Assembly (NCBI GenBank): GCA_002633005.1
Contig: NMRA01000802.1
Location: 1-64,000, forward strand
Direction of reading: 5' to 3'
From: Phoronis australis
Taxonomy: Eukaryota > Animalia > Phoronida
Length of the DNA stretch: 64,000 bases
Shown here one piece after another: positions 1 to 14,648 of this stretch. The notes under the pieces were generated by a model. It ran no database searches, was not told where the DNA came from, and worked only from the letters and a program-made list of their open reading frames with translations. Within the stretch, counting starts at the first letter, position 1; every line of letters starts with the position of its first letter. Made by a program: the position numbers and the translations under genes.

Positions 1-1689
1 GCATAACATTCAAAACGGCTCTGCTTTTGCGGAGAGATTTTTAGCCGTCCATGCCGGTTTGACCGTGACCTTGACCTAGCTCAATTTTTTAGTGCAATTC
101 TCTTGGCTCCCCTGACCACACCCACCAGAGCGAACCTGCCAGACGGCCATTTCCAAGCATCAGGATACCCATAGAGCACTGTGGCACCAAAGAAAATTGG
201 TTACCTTTTCATGCCCAAAAAAAGCTCTGGGATACTACTTTAAAGAGGCCTGGAACGCAATAAACAGAGTGAATTACAACATTGAAAGTGGTTCTCTGTC
301 ACTGAAACAGAATTTAACCTCGCCATTTATTTTTAGGGTTTGTTCGTAAAGGCTTTTAATTTCTGTTGATATCAAAGCAAATTGTTTTAGTTTCAAATAT
401 TAAAAAAAACGACTTGTCAAGTGCTCGCCACTTCTTCGACTTTTCTCCCACGGGGAATTGCGTGTCTTCCCATTTGGCAAGACGACGTAGCACATTTCTC
501 ATATAATGTGACCTTTGACTTCTGCGAGCGCATGCCTGCATTTATCATAAATGGGAGGGAGATTAGAAAATATGTGGTAACGACAGAAATTTTCCTTCGC
601 TCATATTTCAGAAATCGTGAATGTTGTGATTTTTTTCTGGAAATTTCGGGAGCAAGTTTTCGGTTATATAGAATTTGTTAAATGCACGACACTTTTCATT
701 GTCCACGGTCTTTATACACATATACATAAACGTATACATACATTTATACACGCGTGTATAAACTTAGAAAGTTATATATAAAATATGCAGGATCTGGGGA
801 TCAATTAGCTTAATACAATACATTGAGATACAAATAAATACGTAAATGTATAGAAACATACAAATTTATATGTAAAATTGTGCAGCATCTGGGAGATTTT
901 ATCTACATCCCGGTCAACTCGCCATCGAGAACGAAATTTGGCGCGAGAAGGGAAGCCGGACAAGGTGAGTAAATTTGATGGATTTTCGTTGTTTTTACTT
1001 CAACTGTGAAAACGAAGACACGAGTTCAAGGCGTAACACATTGAGGAAGGACAGGTAAAGGTTAACGCTAGTGTCTCTCCCAATTACAAGAGAAAAGTTA
1101 CATTAACCGAGGCATCGCATGAGCCGAAGGTGATTTGTAGGCCATTTTGGCAAATTGCAGTTATTTCTGGCACTAAATCAATAAATTGACCATGAAATTA
1201 TGAAGAAATGATATGTGAAAATATAACGCAACGTTTTGTTTTTTGGAGTTTTGTCAGGATCTCCGATTTTTCGACGCTTTTCTGGTGAAAGATGCGATCG
1301 AAATCGCAAAGATGAGCGATCGAGAACGCAAATTTGTTTTGTTTATGCGATTGGGAACGCATAGTGGTGTATCGAACAATAATGAACTTTTTACTTATAA
1401 AACGTGAAAAAGGTTACAAAATAAGTGTGGTGCAATTAATTAATCAAATTTTGCATCCTTACTGTGTTACTGAACAACAGTATACCATATTTCCTTTTAA
1501 TTGCCATTAGCACTACATGTACATCAAGCATTGTTATAGTTTCACAAAAGAATATATTTTCTTTTCATTTCAAGAAACAAGTTCACTGTTATTGTAAAGA
1601 GACCTTCCACGAACATCTTACCAACCAGGGTTTTGAAATGCAGACATAGAGGAAACCACTAAGAACAAAGGGTTCTAAACTGAAGATTC

Positions 1690-2570
1690 ACCTAGTAGTT
1701 GCTCCATGTGGCCTGTCAGGCAGGGGTCCACAAATTGTTGCGCAGATGAAAGCGAGTGTAGAATCTTCTTGTAAAATTGTGGCAGCAAAAGGAAAAGAGC
1801 AAATAGCCAGTGAAGTCAAAGAATGATGATGAGCTTGCCCATGGGGAGCGAGAGGAGTGTGGCAACACCATTCACGAGACGATTCAAAGATTCCCACTCA
1901 TAAACGTCTAGGAGCTAAAAATTGGCCAGAATTTGTGTAAACTGATGTGCTGATAAAATGGGTGGGATTTCACTGATGTTTTACTGATAACATCCACACA
2001 GAGATGAACAGATTGACTTGTGGCACACGTGTGGCTTGAATGCCTGGGTATGTTGTGTTTGACTCTTGTTTTGTAGTATTGGTCCTAGTTCACCTGCATC
2101 ATCTGTCCAGGATCTTCAGTTTATTTGACATTGAAAAAGATTGAGGCAGCTATAAAACATGGAATACATTGCGTTTTTCTCAAAACGTAGTGTACATGTC
2201 GTTATAAAGGTCACTACACACTGTAGTGATTTACACATGAAATCAACATTTACATTATAGCACTTCTATTATAATACTAATCTTTTAACACACATACCTC
2301 AAAATTGGTCATACAAAAATACATAAAATATTGTTTGAGGGAAACCAACATTATAAATCCATTAAGGAGTTCTTACGAATTACGTTTGGAACGTATTAGA
2401 CTCAGTCATCACTGAATCATAGGAAATGTATTTAGGGCTGATTTATAGTAAAATATTCTCTCAAAGGAAATCAACAACAATATGAAAGCAATTTCTACAA
2501 TAATCATAGACATATATTTTCTCATAAAATGCTGATAGGTAAGAACAATTGTATGTAAGTATTGCCCAAT
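1690..2570 (-). repeat. Old dispersed repeat, homologous (inverted) to 53150-53900
   Basis: Translated similarity WCCHTPLAPHGQAHHHSLTSLA versus WCCRTPLLPHGQAHRHSVSSLA, plus collinear AT-rich blocks (CTATGATTATTGTAGAA, CTATGATTCAGTGATGA). Confidence 0.75.
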
Positions 2571-5500
2571 TACACTTAGTACGATCATTTAAATCTACTT
2601 AAACACTAGAAAAATGCACTGGTTCTGTTTAAGATCCTTTTGAAATAACACAAATAAAGAAACAATTGGGGAAAAATGTTCAAAACAAATAGATGATAAA
2701 ATTACGTTAAAATTTGAGCGTCCGATTTCAACTTCTTGAGGTCACGTCAAATTTCAAAATTACATAAATAAGTTTTCCTATCCATATTTCAGCTTTAAGG
2801 TATATATGTTGAGTTAAAATTAACTCTAACACAGGCGTGTGTCTGTTGTTTGAGAAACATTGGCTTAAAATTTAGTCCAGTTGTAAATTAAAGTTATGTT
2901 TTTGATATTACGGTTCAACGTAAACGGTGACCGTATTTCATTACAAGTTGGCATGTCACAATAGGATTACAATTTGCTTGGCCACAATGTTAAAACAATG
3001 AGTAAAGTCGTTGAAAAACCACACTATGTTATACGATAAGGATCGTTTTCCAGAATTGAAAATACGCTGATACTATGATACTATTATTATGTGAGTTATT
3101 GCTTTGAGCGTGCTGTACGACTGGGTAAAGTCACAGGAGTTTCAAGCCTCGACGTGTTGCTATGAACTTGTTATATATTTTTCATGACATAACAATCCCA
3201 GGGTGCTGCTTGCGTAAAACATTAATATTCGAAGTCAGAATCCGTGAAATCTTAAACACAGTTGTAAAAATGACAAAAGGAAAGGGCACAAAACGATAAA
3301 CAGGAGTTGGCATTTATGATACGTCCCAACACGCCTTCAGAGAACACACGAATGATTTTGAGAGAAAAAAGTTCTTTAATTTATTGATGTTCTATTCAAG
3401 ACAGCGTTTTCCCGTTCAATGACTTTACCAGACGAAGGGGGATCTGAGCGAGTGATAACATCTAGCTTCTTTGTTAACTGACAAGCACATTCTTTTGTCT
3501 GTTATGACAAAAGACTTGCCAATTATCTACCAGGTTTGTTACAGACCACGTGAGAGCACGTCAAATACAGAGTGAATTGATACATTCCGAAATAATAGAT
3601 TATCGTATAAAAAAATAATTGAAAGTGGTCTGGGGAGTCCCTCACACCATGGGTACTAACCTTGCCTGGCTAGTGGGCGTACATGTAACGTAAGGTCATC
3701 TAGACCAATCACAATAATTTCGAAAGTTCACACTTTCTTTAACATGCCTCCACGTGATCAAGCACCACCTGAGCTCGCTCTGTTACGATACCAAAGTCAT
3801 TTACCTAGGAGAAATAATAAGAACACTAGCCAATGAGAAAAGTATGACCTTGAGATAAACAAGGAAGAAGAAACTAGCATAAACCATCGGCATTCCGTCA
3901 AATATCCTTTCAATTATTGGGGACAAATAAAACAACAAGAATAATAAATATTTTAAGTTGTATTGGCAATTTCAGGGTCACAGCTCTACAAATAGATATT
4001 TCACAGAAGGAACCAGATGGGTTCCTTAATTACAAGAGATAACACACACATTTCCGATACCCAAAGTGTAATTGAGTATCGGATACTAAGTGGCACAGGT
4101 TAGCATAGTACAAATGGGTACATAATATCAAATGGGTATTGGCCGATTGCCTACCAACTGGGTCGAGCAAAGCGGCAAATTCAATAACAAGTACCAAGTG
4201 GGTACAAACTGCCAAATGGGCAAATATCATATAAAGTACCAAGTGGGTACACCAAACAGCCAACTGGGCTATAACAACCTGCAAAGCAGGTTCCGGACAA
4301 TCTGAGTGAGCAGAGCAGCCGGAGTGATAAAAAGAGATATAGTAAGGAACGTGGTGTTGTGGCTCAGTATGAGCCGAGAGCTGTGACCGGGTGGAGAGAA
4401 GCAAGCTGCAGTAATGCATGCTCAAGTACAGGTCTAGTCGCTAGCCAATGACGTCGGTTCTTCCCTGACGGTAACACGCTCCGGGCTTGGAGAAGGTACC
4501 AGCTGTGGCTGTAAAAACAACAACCAACAGCAGATTTTGTTCAGCAAAAGGGATGGAGCGTGGGAAAGGTAGAAAACGGTTGACGTGAAATTTTGTGGTA
4601 CCCCGGGTAGGGAGGGCGGGAGAGGTACAGTATAAACTTGTCTAACTAGGAAAACTTACGAGTGAATGTACTGTTGCTTGAGGCTGGGCCAACAGGAAGC
4701 TGGAGAGAAAGAACAAACAGCGCAACCATCGGACTTGGTAGGAACTAACCAGGGGTTGGATATGAAGCATGAAGGGCTGTATAACGGTATTTGCCCAAAT
4801 AATAGGATTTATGTCAGAGTGCCATAAATCTCATTGTCAACTCTGTGATCTCGCAGAAGTTGACTACAAAATGCCGATATTCGGTGGTGCTACTACATAT
4901 ATTTTGGACTAGGCTATCTAGTACGCATTTCCCCAGAAAGATTAGGGAATTGTTGAATTCCAAGAGAAATCTTGTTCCAATAAGTGATTTCAATGCATTT
5001 CTCAAAAGCTGGAAGATGTATCAAAAAGATTGGTTGAATTCGACTTGGAAAAACGATTGGTTATTTGACGGCATTTTTCTCTAATGCTGTTTACATTTCC
5101 TACAAAATGATTCTTTAGAGCGTTTTTCAATGAACCGGTTGACATTTTCTGCAAGATTAAATATTTATGCTGATGTCAGAAATAGCAAGCTGCAACCCGT
5201 CGCCCGTTAAGAAACTCACTGAGGTGTGAAAATGGCAAATAAATCAATGAAATAGTCGTTGCATTTCAAAATATCGGCCCATTGGTCTATCGGCCCTTGC
5301 ATGCGAAAACTTCATTTTGGACTATCGGCCCTTCGGATCAATGACTTCGAACTATCCATCGGATCCCCTTCTAATTCGTACGTTTTGTGTGCACTCACTG
5401 GCACATAACTCGCGAAGTGGTCTGAGGCTTGGAATGTCCAGGATGTTTATAATGTTAAAAAAGCAAGGTCTGCTACAGCCGTCATTCCCGCAATGAACTC

Positions 5501-8405
5501 TAAAATATTACCCGCACTGCTTTGTATGGCAATTGGCATCATCATTTAAGAACTGCTGTCAACAATCATGGGCAATGCGTACGCAACAAACAAGACCGTT
5601 CATATACAAGTACGTTATGACGAAGCCATGGATCGACCTGGCTTGAAAAAGAAACAGGTTTATACATTAGCTGTCAAGGCAGTCATTAGTGAAACTTACC
5701 AATCAAATGTCATCAAATTATGCTTCTGAAAAGTAAGGCTAATCTAGAGAAACAGCTTGTGCAACCCGTGAATAACCGATCAACTAATTTTCGAAGTGTT
5801 CTAATGTTGACAACGCACACGATAGTTTTGCTCGCACCAGGCTTGTCTTGAAGGCAACGCATAAACTAAGTTTCCCCGGATACTGACATTCAACTCAAAT
5901 TTATACAAGAAATTCGTTTTCTAATTTAAATTTGAGTTGATGGGGCAAACATTTCACCAGGCTTGTCAGCGGGTTGTGTCCACACCCGGCTGCTCACCAA
6001 TGTCATTTTTGATAAAACTTTATTTGACGAAAGACTATACTTTGATGGCATGCCAGCTACAAAATGTACATGTACCTGTTAGTTTGCATAGAGATTGGGA
6101 GTTGTCCAGTCGAATGAAGCGGCTGTTTGATTGACAGCAAGTAGTGCATGTCAAAGCAGGCGCATTATTAGACACTCGTTCAGAAAAAAAGGAAATAACT
6201 GTGCATCGAAGCTGGGTGGAAAAGATTTTTGCAACAAACCCCAATAGATGGCGATGTCTATGTCTCTCAGACTTAGTAGAAAACATCTTACCCGAAGCTT
6301 GGAGTGAATATTCATGAGCAAGTATGTATTTGTGTTGCTAGAAATCAACGCGATGATATCGTATACGTAACAATTATTAATCTTCGAACAGGCCAGGTTG
6401 TACGTTGGTCTTACCAGGACATTAAGATTTCGGCAAAGACACTCTTGATGAATGGCGTGGGGAAAAAGAGGTTTGCGTACAGGAACATGTATAAATCAAG
6501 TACATGTATCATTAGCACCCTGTGCTGTAGTTCGATTTATTTGGGCATTGCCGTTACCTCAGATAACATTTTGACTTGCAAAAGTTAGACAAACTTATGT
6601 TCCCAGGGGAAGCTACATGTACCTTTTCCGGCGTGTCTCTAAATGCTTAATCACGTGTAACGCGAAAAAAAAACGACGAAAACTTTTGACATGGCGATAT
6701 CTTACTTGGAATCATTAGTTCCATGAGAAAGGTGTTCTACTGAGTTTCACATTTTAAATGAAATTATTTATTGAAATACGAGTACTGCACTGTCATGTCT
6801 TGTATACAGAATTACGTGCTGCGGCCCATTGATTTCCAAAGTCTATGAGGAATTGAATTCTCACAAAACTGTAAAAAAGCAAGTAATGGAATCTTCTTAA
6901 TCATTTCAAATAGTGTGGGGTGGTGCATAGTTTCACTAAACGGGTAAGTGTTTTTTTCTATTCTCACTTTCTTTGCAGCATTTGGATAATGCCTCTTCTC
7001 CGCTCTTACCGTCAGAGTAGCCGGCAGAGAAGTGTTAGTGCTGCAGTACTATAATAATTGATAGTGATATGAATGGCGAAGCATGTTATTGGAGGTTATG
7101 CCAAAGCCTCAGTTGCACATTCAGTGGTCTCTTGGACTGCACAAGGCTTAGAGAATAAGATTGTTAGGATAGATGGGTGTTGGGACAATAGTTTTCTGCA
7201 CGCTCCTCAGGATATTTTGATGTGTTTTGATTATTGGCCACCGGGGGGTTCTAATTAATGTACATTGCATGCCTAAGCACCTGACCGGCTCTAGTTCTAC
7301 ACAAATAATTGTGAGATTCTTGTGTTTACCGAAATCAGCCTTCGACATTAACTTTAAAAAAATCTTTCCAGGTGCAGAATAGCGGAAAGTGATTTCGAGG
7401 ATGCCAGGGTAGAGTTCAGTGCTGTCTAGCGGTGAAAACAAATCTAGCCAAAATCACGCGCTCGTTTAAAACACACGGCAATAGCTTGCGTAGTCTGACT
7501 CGCGAAGTCTTGCTTTCCAGCGAGGTCCTAGCGTTATTGAAATCCAGCTTGTTGCCCACTGTTGTTTAAATATTGCTGCATTAAAAATTGAGTTAACGAG
7601 AAATTAAGCATGCAATTGACTAGGGCACCCTGTTCATTACCAGGTATTGTTACAGATAACGCGGATTGGGAATTATCAAATCATCGACCCTATCGTTCTT
7701 TGGAACTTGAACTATGAGTAAATTGTGTATTTGAAAATGTCATATTGTGGCACATTTCAACAGTCACCTGTTTTTTTGCTAGTTATGATTAATTATTAGA
7801 CAGAAAGCATTTATTCCAAGGCTCACATTGGCGTAAAGTCATGTTTAACAGCCTACACAAACAGACAAATAGCTTCGTATAAATTGAAGCAACGCAATAT
7901 AAATGGACATTTGCGTCTCAGATAAAGCAATATCTAGCAATTCTCTTAACACATACCGTAAGTAATGAGAGCAAAGGTACATAGTTATTCCATTAACAGA
8001 TAATGAAACTGTATATAAATCAGTTGAGTGTATCATGATCGTCATTATTTGTTCATCGTTTGTTTTGTAGCTAATCTTGTATCGGTTTCACTTTTTCCCG
8101 CAAGGCCAAAACACTGACATATACGCATTGTTTAAGTATGTATCATACTATACATTGTACATGTAAACGAACTGTATTGTTATTACAATGGCGTCTTATT
8201 GTGATCCTTCTCCATGTGTGTTTGTATGCCAAATCGACGACATACATGAGTAAAGGTGTACAGTAGTAAACGTTAGAGCAGGGCTGTAAGCGAGTTTGTT
8301 GAAATTGCACAAGCTTTTGAGGAATTGTGATTCATTAAAACTGTGGCCTGACCCTGAGGCGAAAATAGACACTAAGCTGTGGTAGGCGAAAACTGGACAC
8401 AGTTG

Positions 8406-8520
8406 TCGCGTCATTAGACGTATTTTTAAATACGTCTAATGAAATAATTTGAGCGCGCCACTACGACCTTAAAAGTACATGTACATGTAGGTAGTGGAAC
8501 GCTCAAATTATTTCTGTTGA
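8406..8520. repeat. Double-hairpin short repeat
   Basis: Perfect 15-bp stem TCATTAGACGTATTT/AAATACGTCTAATGA (8411-8442), overlapping a second stem GAAATAATTTGAGCG..CCACTAC/GTAGTGG..CGCTCAAATTATTTC (8441-8514). Confidence 0.7.
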
Positions 8521-10402
8521 TCCGGGTCCTTAAAATTCAGATTTTTAGCACTAGCGGTATTCATTTTCAATGTTAAACTGATATTGGCCCGTGTGACGCC
8601 TTGAAAAGAATTAGAAAATAGATGATTATAGCAAGTAAAATGTCATTAATGTACTGTCTACTTTAATTTGAATGGAAATTTATTGTCCGAATCCTAAATA
8701 TATAAGATGAGAATGTAACACAGTTATATCGTGATTACTTCTGGTGTAGATGTACTTGTGATGTGTGAGACGAATAAAAATGTCCTCCGTTCGGACACAT
8801 GCCCTTTAGATGTATGAGAGATGCATCGTCTTCAAGACCATAGTTTCGCAATACACTTACATTCGTAAACTTGAAAATTTGTTTTTCGACATTCGCTAAT
8901 ATATTTATATAAGCGTGTACAGTGGCTATGACCTTCGGGTTTTTTCGTGAGTTTATTACGTACTAACTAGATCACTATCTTTAATATTGTGTTCTAAATC
9001 AAGAAAATCGTATCGCAGGCTGCCAAATTCGAAGAAATATGGATAGAAACAGCACCATCTAGGAATATAATGTATGAAACTTTTTCACGGAGATTAATGC
9101 ATTATTTTCCACAAACTTGATTGTTTTGTTTGAAAATTGAAAATTCAGTTCATTTGTTCTATGATCAACAAAAGGGTGTGTGACGTCAGAGATTTTCTTT
9201 TAAAGTCTTTGAGTCCCAGAAATCCGCTGTCAAAAATCAAGATTTTCGTTTTTTCAAAAATGTTAACACAAGATTACTTTTGCAAAACGCCGCATTGTTT
9301 TCAAGCACTTAAAAAGGTTCTAGTGTACTCAAGGATTTTATACATATATGATTTATGGGTCTATTATTAATAGTTGAAAAGCTGTTTTATAAATCAAGTT
9401 TTTGGCAGCGAAGGTAAACTGTACATGTAGACAATTACTTCAACTATCAAATGTAATTTTGGCTTTTCGGAACCAATTTGAATTAGTCTTTACTTTGACT
9501 GGTGACGGATTTACAGTGTCATATTTAAAGGGTGACCATAGCTAATTGCCCCGGCCAATCCTACTGAAGCGGACCCTGTAGTTGTGCTCCTAAATATTAA
9601 AAGTATGTTACCCATTATGAAATTTATAAGAAACTGCAAAAGAGTGAAAGTTGATTACATCACCGGATCACTCTCCTTCTATCTTCTTCCTTGATATGAA
9701 ATGTTGCGCTAATTCACACAAAGATAAAAAGAGGCAAATCACTTCATCAAGGGGCTACCTCCGTGAGTGTCCCCATAAGAAATAATATAAAGCATGAAAA
9801 AGGTAGCTATTAATGCCATCATCGAGGCACCTCCAAGTAACTACGATATCAGAGAAAATACGGGAAAAGGCAACGATAAATGATTCCATTGTTCCTTTCC
9901 AAAGACGGGTAAACATTTTTTAAATTTCCTTTCAAACCCTATGCACCATTCAGGTCGGGTTGAATTAATAATGCACCGGTTGTGTCTATGGCTTCATAAA
10001 AATGAAAACTTTAAACAAATTTTGAAACGGCTACATGTAGTCCAAAACCTGAACTATAGTACCTGTTGAACCTAAAAATTACATGTACATTCACATAGAA
10101 TATCACAAGTGAGCCTAACTGAACGTCTGACTGATACCTCATGAGTCGCATAAAATGTTGCGCTCGGGAAAAATTTTGCGCTTTTGTCGAGGACAATAGT
10201 CTACCGTTGTTGCACGCACAGCAAGGTGTGTGTGGATGTGAAAATCTTGAGTGAACACGTTTTTTGTAAAAAACGCTTTATTTTGGATACAGGCAAATGG
10301 AACTAAGCGTAGTACACATTACACGGTAAACATTTAGTAAAGTGCTAAATGGGACTCATACACTGACAGATACACACGCGCACATGTGCGTACACACAAG
10401 CA

Positions 10403-10405
<3 letters not shown>

Positions 10406-10458
<53 letters not shown>
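10406..10458. repeat. (CA)n microsatellite, about 26 units
   Basis: Direct reading. Confidence 0.95.
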
Positions 10459-10463
<5 letters not shown>

Positions 10464-13400
10464 TTAGGAACTAGCTTACAATGACAGGAAGACATTTTCA
10501 TAGCAAAACATTGTACAACTAGAAAGATTATTGTCACGGCGTGACGATTACGGACTGCGCGTGCGTATTACTGGAATTATTATGGGAAGTTACTGACAGT
10601 AACCTGTTTACCAATATGAAAAGGAATTCTTATAACTGTAGGAGAAAATACATATCAATTTTTTGATGACCTTTCCACTAATTGACCTCTTCCGGTGCAT
10701 TATGAGCCCCGATGAGGGAGTAATTGTTAACTCGATTAAAAGTGTAATTAATTGAAGAAAACCCAGGAACAACAGTACTCTGCGCTTACACGCGCAGAGT
10801 AATTAGATATTTGGGAGAAAACCAGCTCTCCACTAGCTTGATTGTGAAAATCTATACTGTCTGGACCTGTTGCTCGCTAGTTGTGAGGGTGTGAGAAATT
10901 TCACGATTTCTAGGTGGAAAAACGTAGCGATTTCCAATTAAATAATCCGAAATATAATGTTTAAATAGCAACACAGCGACAATGGGCCCCAAAAAACCAT
11001 GTTGTTAGTTACTGGTTCGGTAGTCTCCGACCTGTAGGATCAAACTCTGCAGCTGTTATACTGACAGGTCGAGACTAAAACGTCCATTGAAGCAACGTTG
11101 ATGCCAATAAGCCGTATGAATCGCGTCGTCTAAGCTCGTTTGTAGATGTTGGCCAATTAAGAACAATTTCCATTAGCATTATTAATCACAGCAATTATGT
11201 GTTACTTATTTTAGATAATTGTAAATCAGCGGTCAGGCTAATGCGTCAGTCGAAGACATTTGCATCTTATATATATCATGTATTTACAAAAGGTGCAAAT
11301 GAACTTGATTGACGGATATACATACGTGATTTACTAATCGAAGTGAGATAATGTAAATTCCGCTGTTAGGTAAATTGACACCTTCGCTTGGTTTTCTTAG
11401 AATGATCTTCTATATTATCGACCTTGGACAATAACGTGTGCCAATTGATTTTAAGAGATAACATTCCGTGACCATGAACGAGTTAACGAGCTGAATCGTA
11501 GCACATTTTTTTATTTTTAACACGAAGGCGTCATGATAAGCTTTTGACGACTTGGAAGTTCTGGTTAGACGTTTTAACAGTGTCATCCATTATTGTCGGT
11601 ATTGGCAACAAGAGAACTACTTTTTATGAAGTGGAGACATGAAATCCTGTAACTTGCACACTAAAGGAACAATAAAAAGATTTCCAGTTATCAACGGCGT
11701 TCTCGGAGCTACTTGATGCTCGCGGCGTACATGTACAGTGGGCAGCTTGGAGTCAATACACTTTGTTCTTACAGAATACATCTGAAGGAAAAGTAATTTC
11801 AGAAAGAATACTTGACATACCAGACACAAGTTTATATAGGCTGCTACCCCGAACCCAATTGAGAACCCGACTCCGCCAGACAAACATTGATTGCCCGAGG
11901 GCCTAGAAGGGTTGAAATTCGTGAGAACAAGAATTAAAAATTCTGACTTACACGTCGGGCACTGGACTAGTTCCCTATCACTTAGCTCCTTTGTAAAGCC
12001 TAACGGTGCAGACAAAGTGTGAACGTAAATTTAGACTTCTATTGGTGTAAACGCATTTTGAGAACCAGTTTTATGCCCGATATGTCCGAACATTGCCAAT
12101 GCAAACATTGATTACACATACGGTCTCTCCCTAGAGATTTTATTGTTATTATACACTGCGTCTGTGATTTAAATGAGAAAAACCTGTCTTAAAGTTTCAG
12201 CAATCAATATGAATATCTGCCAAATTTGAAGATGGTCTCCAAACTAGAAAAGTTGAATCAACCGCTCACATAAACACCAAACAACAATATCCATCAAGTG
12301 CGCGGGTTTACGTGCTACACGAAGGGGTCATCTCAACGGCATACTGATGGAGACGCTGCTGTACAGTATATTCAACTACTCTATCTTCTTGTTTTTATTC
12401 GCTAGATGATTTTCTTCTCTATACTTATCACAGAATCATTTGTTTCAACAATCTTGCGTGGATCAGTAGCGGATCTAGGATATTATATAATGGGGGCCCA
12501 ACATTTTGTCTGGGGCAATGGGGGTAAAGCACGATTGCATGCGCGCACCCAGCCTAAAATATACGGGGCCCGAAATTCTGGGAATGTGGACCTTTTACTA
12601 AAATTCAAACGGAGGTTTAAAAAAAGAAAAAAATGGAAAACAGGTGTGCCGGCAGTTTGATTTGTACACACAAACTAACTGTAAACATTGTTAAATCTTG
12701 TTCCAGTCGCATGTGAATTGCCGGATTTCATTAGTTAACTGAATATTTCCACACGCTCTTACTGTTTTTACGGCAGCCAAGGAGGAGAGCCTGGGACCTC
12801 TAAGTCCGCCTAGGTGGATTTTGGTAAGACCGGGTCGCTTGATGAGAATGAAATCAGCTACTTTAATGGCTTTGCTGTTTTTCTTTGGTCCAGAAAGAAC
12901 TTAAATTTTAATTTTCGGTTGGTATTGCAAACTAGCGTTCCAGGACATTCAAAACGGTTGCAGCTTCTGGAACAAAGTACCAATCAGCCATAAAACCTGA
13001 GTATGCCGAAAGGCCAACAGAGCTATCGTAGAAAGCCTCGTTTTGGAACGGGCCTCCTGTCGGCGTGAAGTGGGTTTATACGGAGTTGGCGTTCCATGTA
13101 CTACATAGCCTATGGTTACATCAACCAATGCTAAAGCGCGTGCCACTGCGTGATACCTGCGTGGTGGCGAGGCACGTAGGGGACCAGCGAGTGCATCAAC
13201 CCTGTGTGCTTTGCTTTTGATTTTTTCCAAACAGTAAAAGCGTGCTTGCAAATCTGGAAGTGAAACTGCTCAGCGTCCCCTTAGACAACAACGCACACGT
13301 CACCATTGCAGAGGTAGAGGACATCAAATTCCCGACATCGCTATTGACAGACAATAACAGAAAACTGTCGCCAGCAACACCAGCAACAACATCAGAGAAG

Positions 13401-14520
13401 ACGACGACGCTCTATACAGCACTATTGACAATAATGAAAAAAACACAAGAATCAATCACGAAGCTGCAAACAATGACAACATTGCCGACCTTTCAGGAGA
13501 AGCTGGGCTGAGATAGGATACGAGAATGGTAATGACAGAAGAATCCCTTCAAGGACCGTGTACATGTAATTAGGGTTCCACAGTTGAACAATGGCCGTTA
13601 TAGCCCCATGTTTCCTCTGATTTCTTCCCAAACCAAGAAACTTCAAGCTTCTGTACATATACCAGCTGTAGCAGTTACATCAAACAGTCATAATTTATTG
13701 CATTCGTAGAGCAAAACAAACGAAATATCAAACGAGGGACAGTTCTCATTCCTAATGTGTGCGCTTTATGTAATTGCGATCCTTATGTTCGCAGTCAAGT
13801 CAAAGATTTATGTAATATTGTGTATTTAGATTCGTTAACATCTGTATGAAATGAAATTAAAACAAACTAGCTACATTAAAACCTTTCTGCAGATGCGCTC
13901 CTTTCAACATGGCTTCGTCATTTTCAAATTAGGCACTTCACTGATTAAATCATCAGTAATGTGATTATTATCTCCATACCCTTGGAAAGTAGTACAAAAC
14001 CCTCCGAAAATCTTTTTGCATGATTTGCATACAGCTGCCTTGTTCCCAATCAGATTAAAGATACAAAAATTCAGCTATTTTAGGATAACAGTTTTAAAAG
14101 CAGTCTAACACCAACCGCGAGTTGCTTCCACACTGACCATGTACATGTACCACGGGTACCAGAAATGAATTTTTCAGATTGCGATTGGTTAATCAGGCTG
14201 TTTAACATTGTCAGAGATTGACTGTGGGTTCGTTTAAAAGGTAGCTGTGCTTTGAGATTGTGCGTAGATGGAGAGTGAATAATCAAATCCAGTAATTGGT
14301 TTATTATATGATAACCCCTAATTAGACAAATGAAACAATTGTTAATTAAATAATCGACTACAAAGAGTAACTACGCTAGCGCCCTCTTTAAAGATTAGTT
14401 TAATCAAACAACCAAAACAATCAAACGTCTTTTCTGCTATCCAAGCTAGGACTCTCCACTTGTTGGATGTCTGTCCTGTTGGTGAATCTTCGAACTACAC
14501 ACACTGTATAGCGACAGTGT

Positions 14521-14648
14521 ACTTGCTGGTCACCGTCTCTGGGGATGCAACACTTGCAGGCAATTTCTTCTACCCGCGATTCTTCTTGCTAGTCACAGTC
14601 TCTGGCTGATGACGCAACACTTCAGGCAGTATCTTACTACCCACGATG
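14521..14648. repeat. ~63-bp diverged tandem duplication next to the CACTA left end
   Basis: CTTGCT.GTCAC.GTCTCTGG..GCAACACTT.CAGGCA....CTACCC.CGAT occurs twice. Confidence 0.7.
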
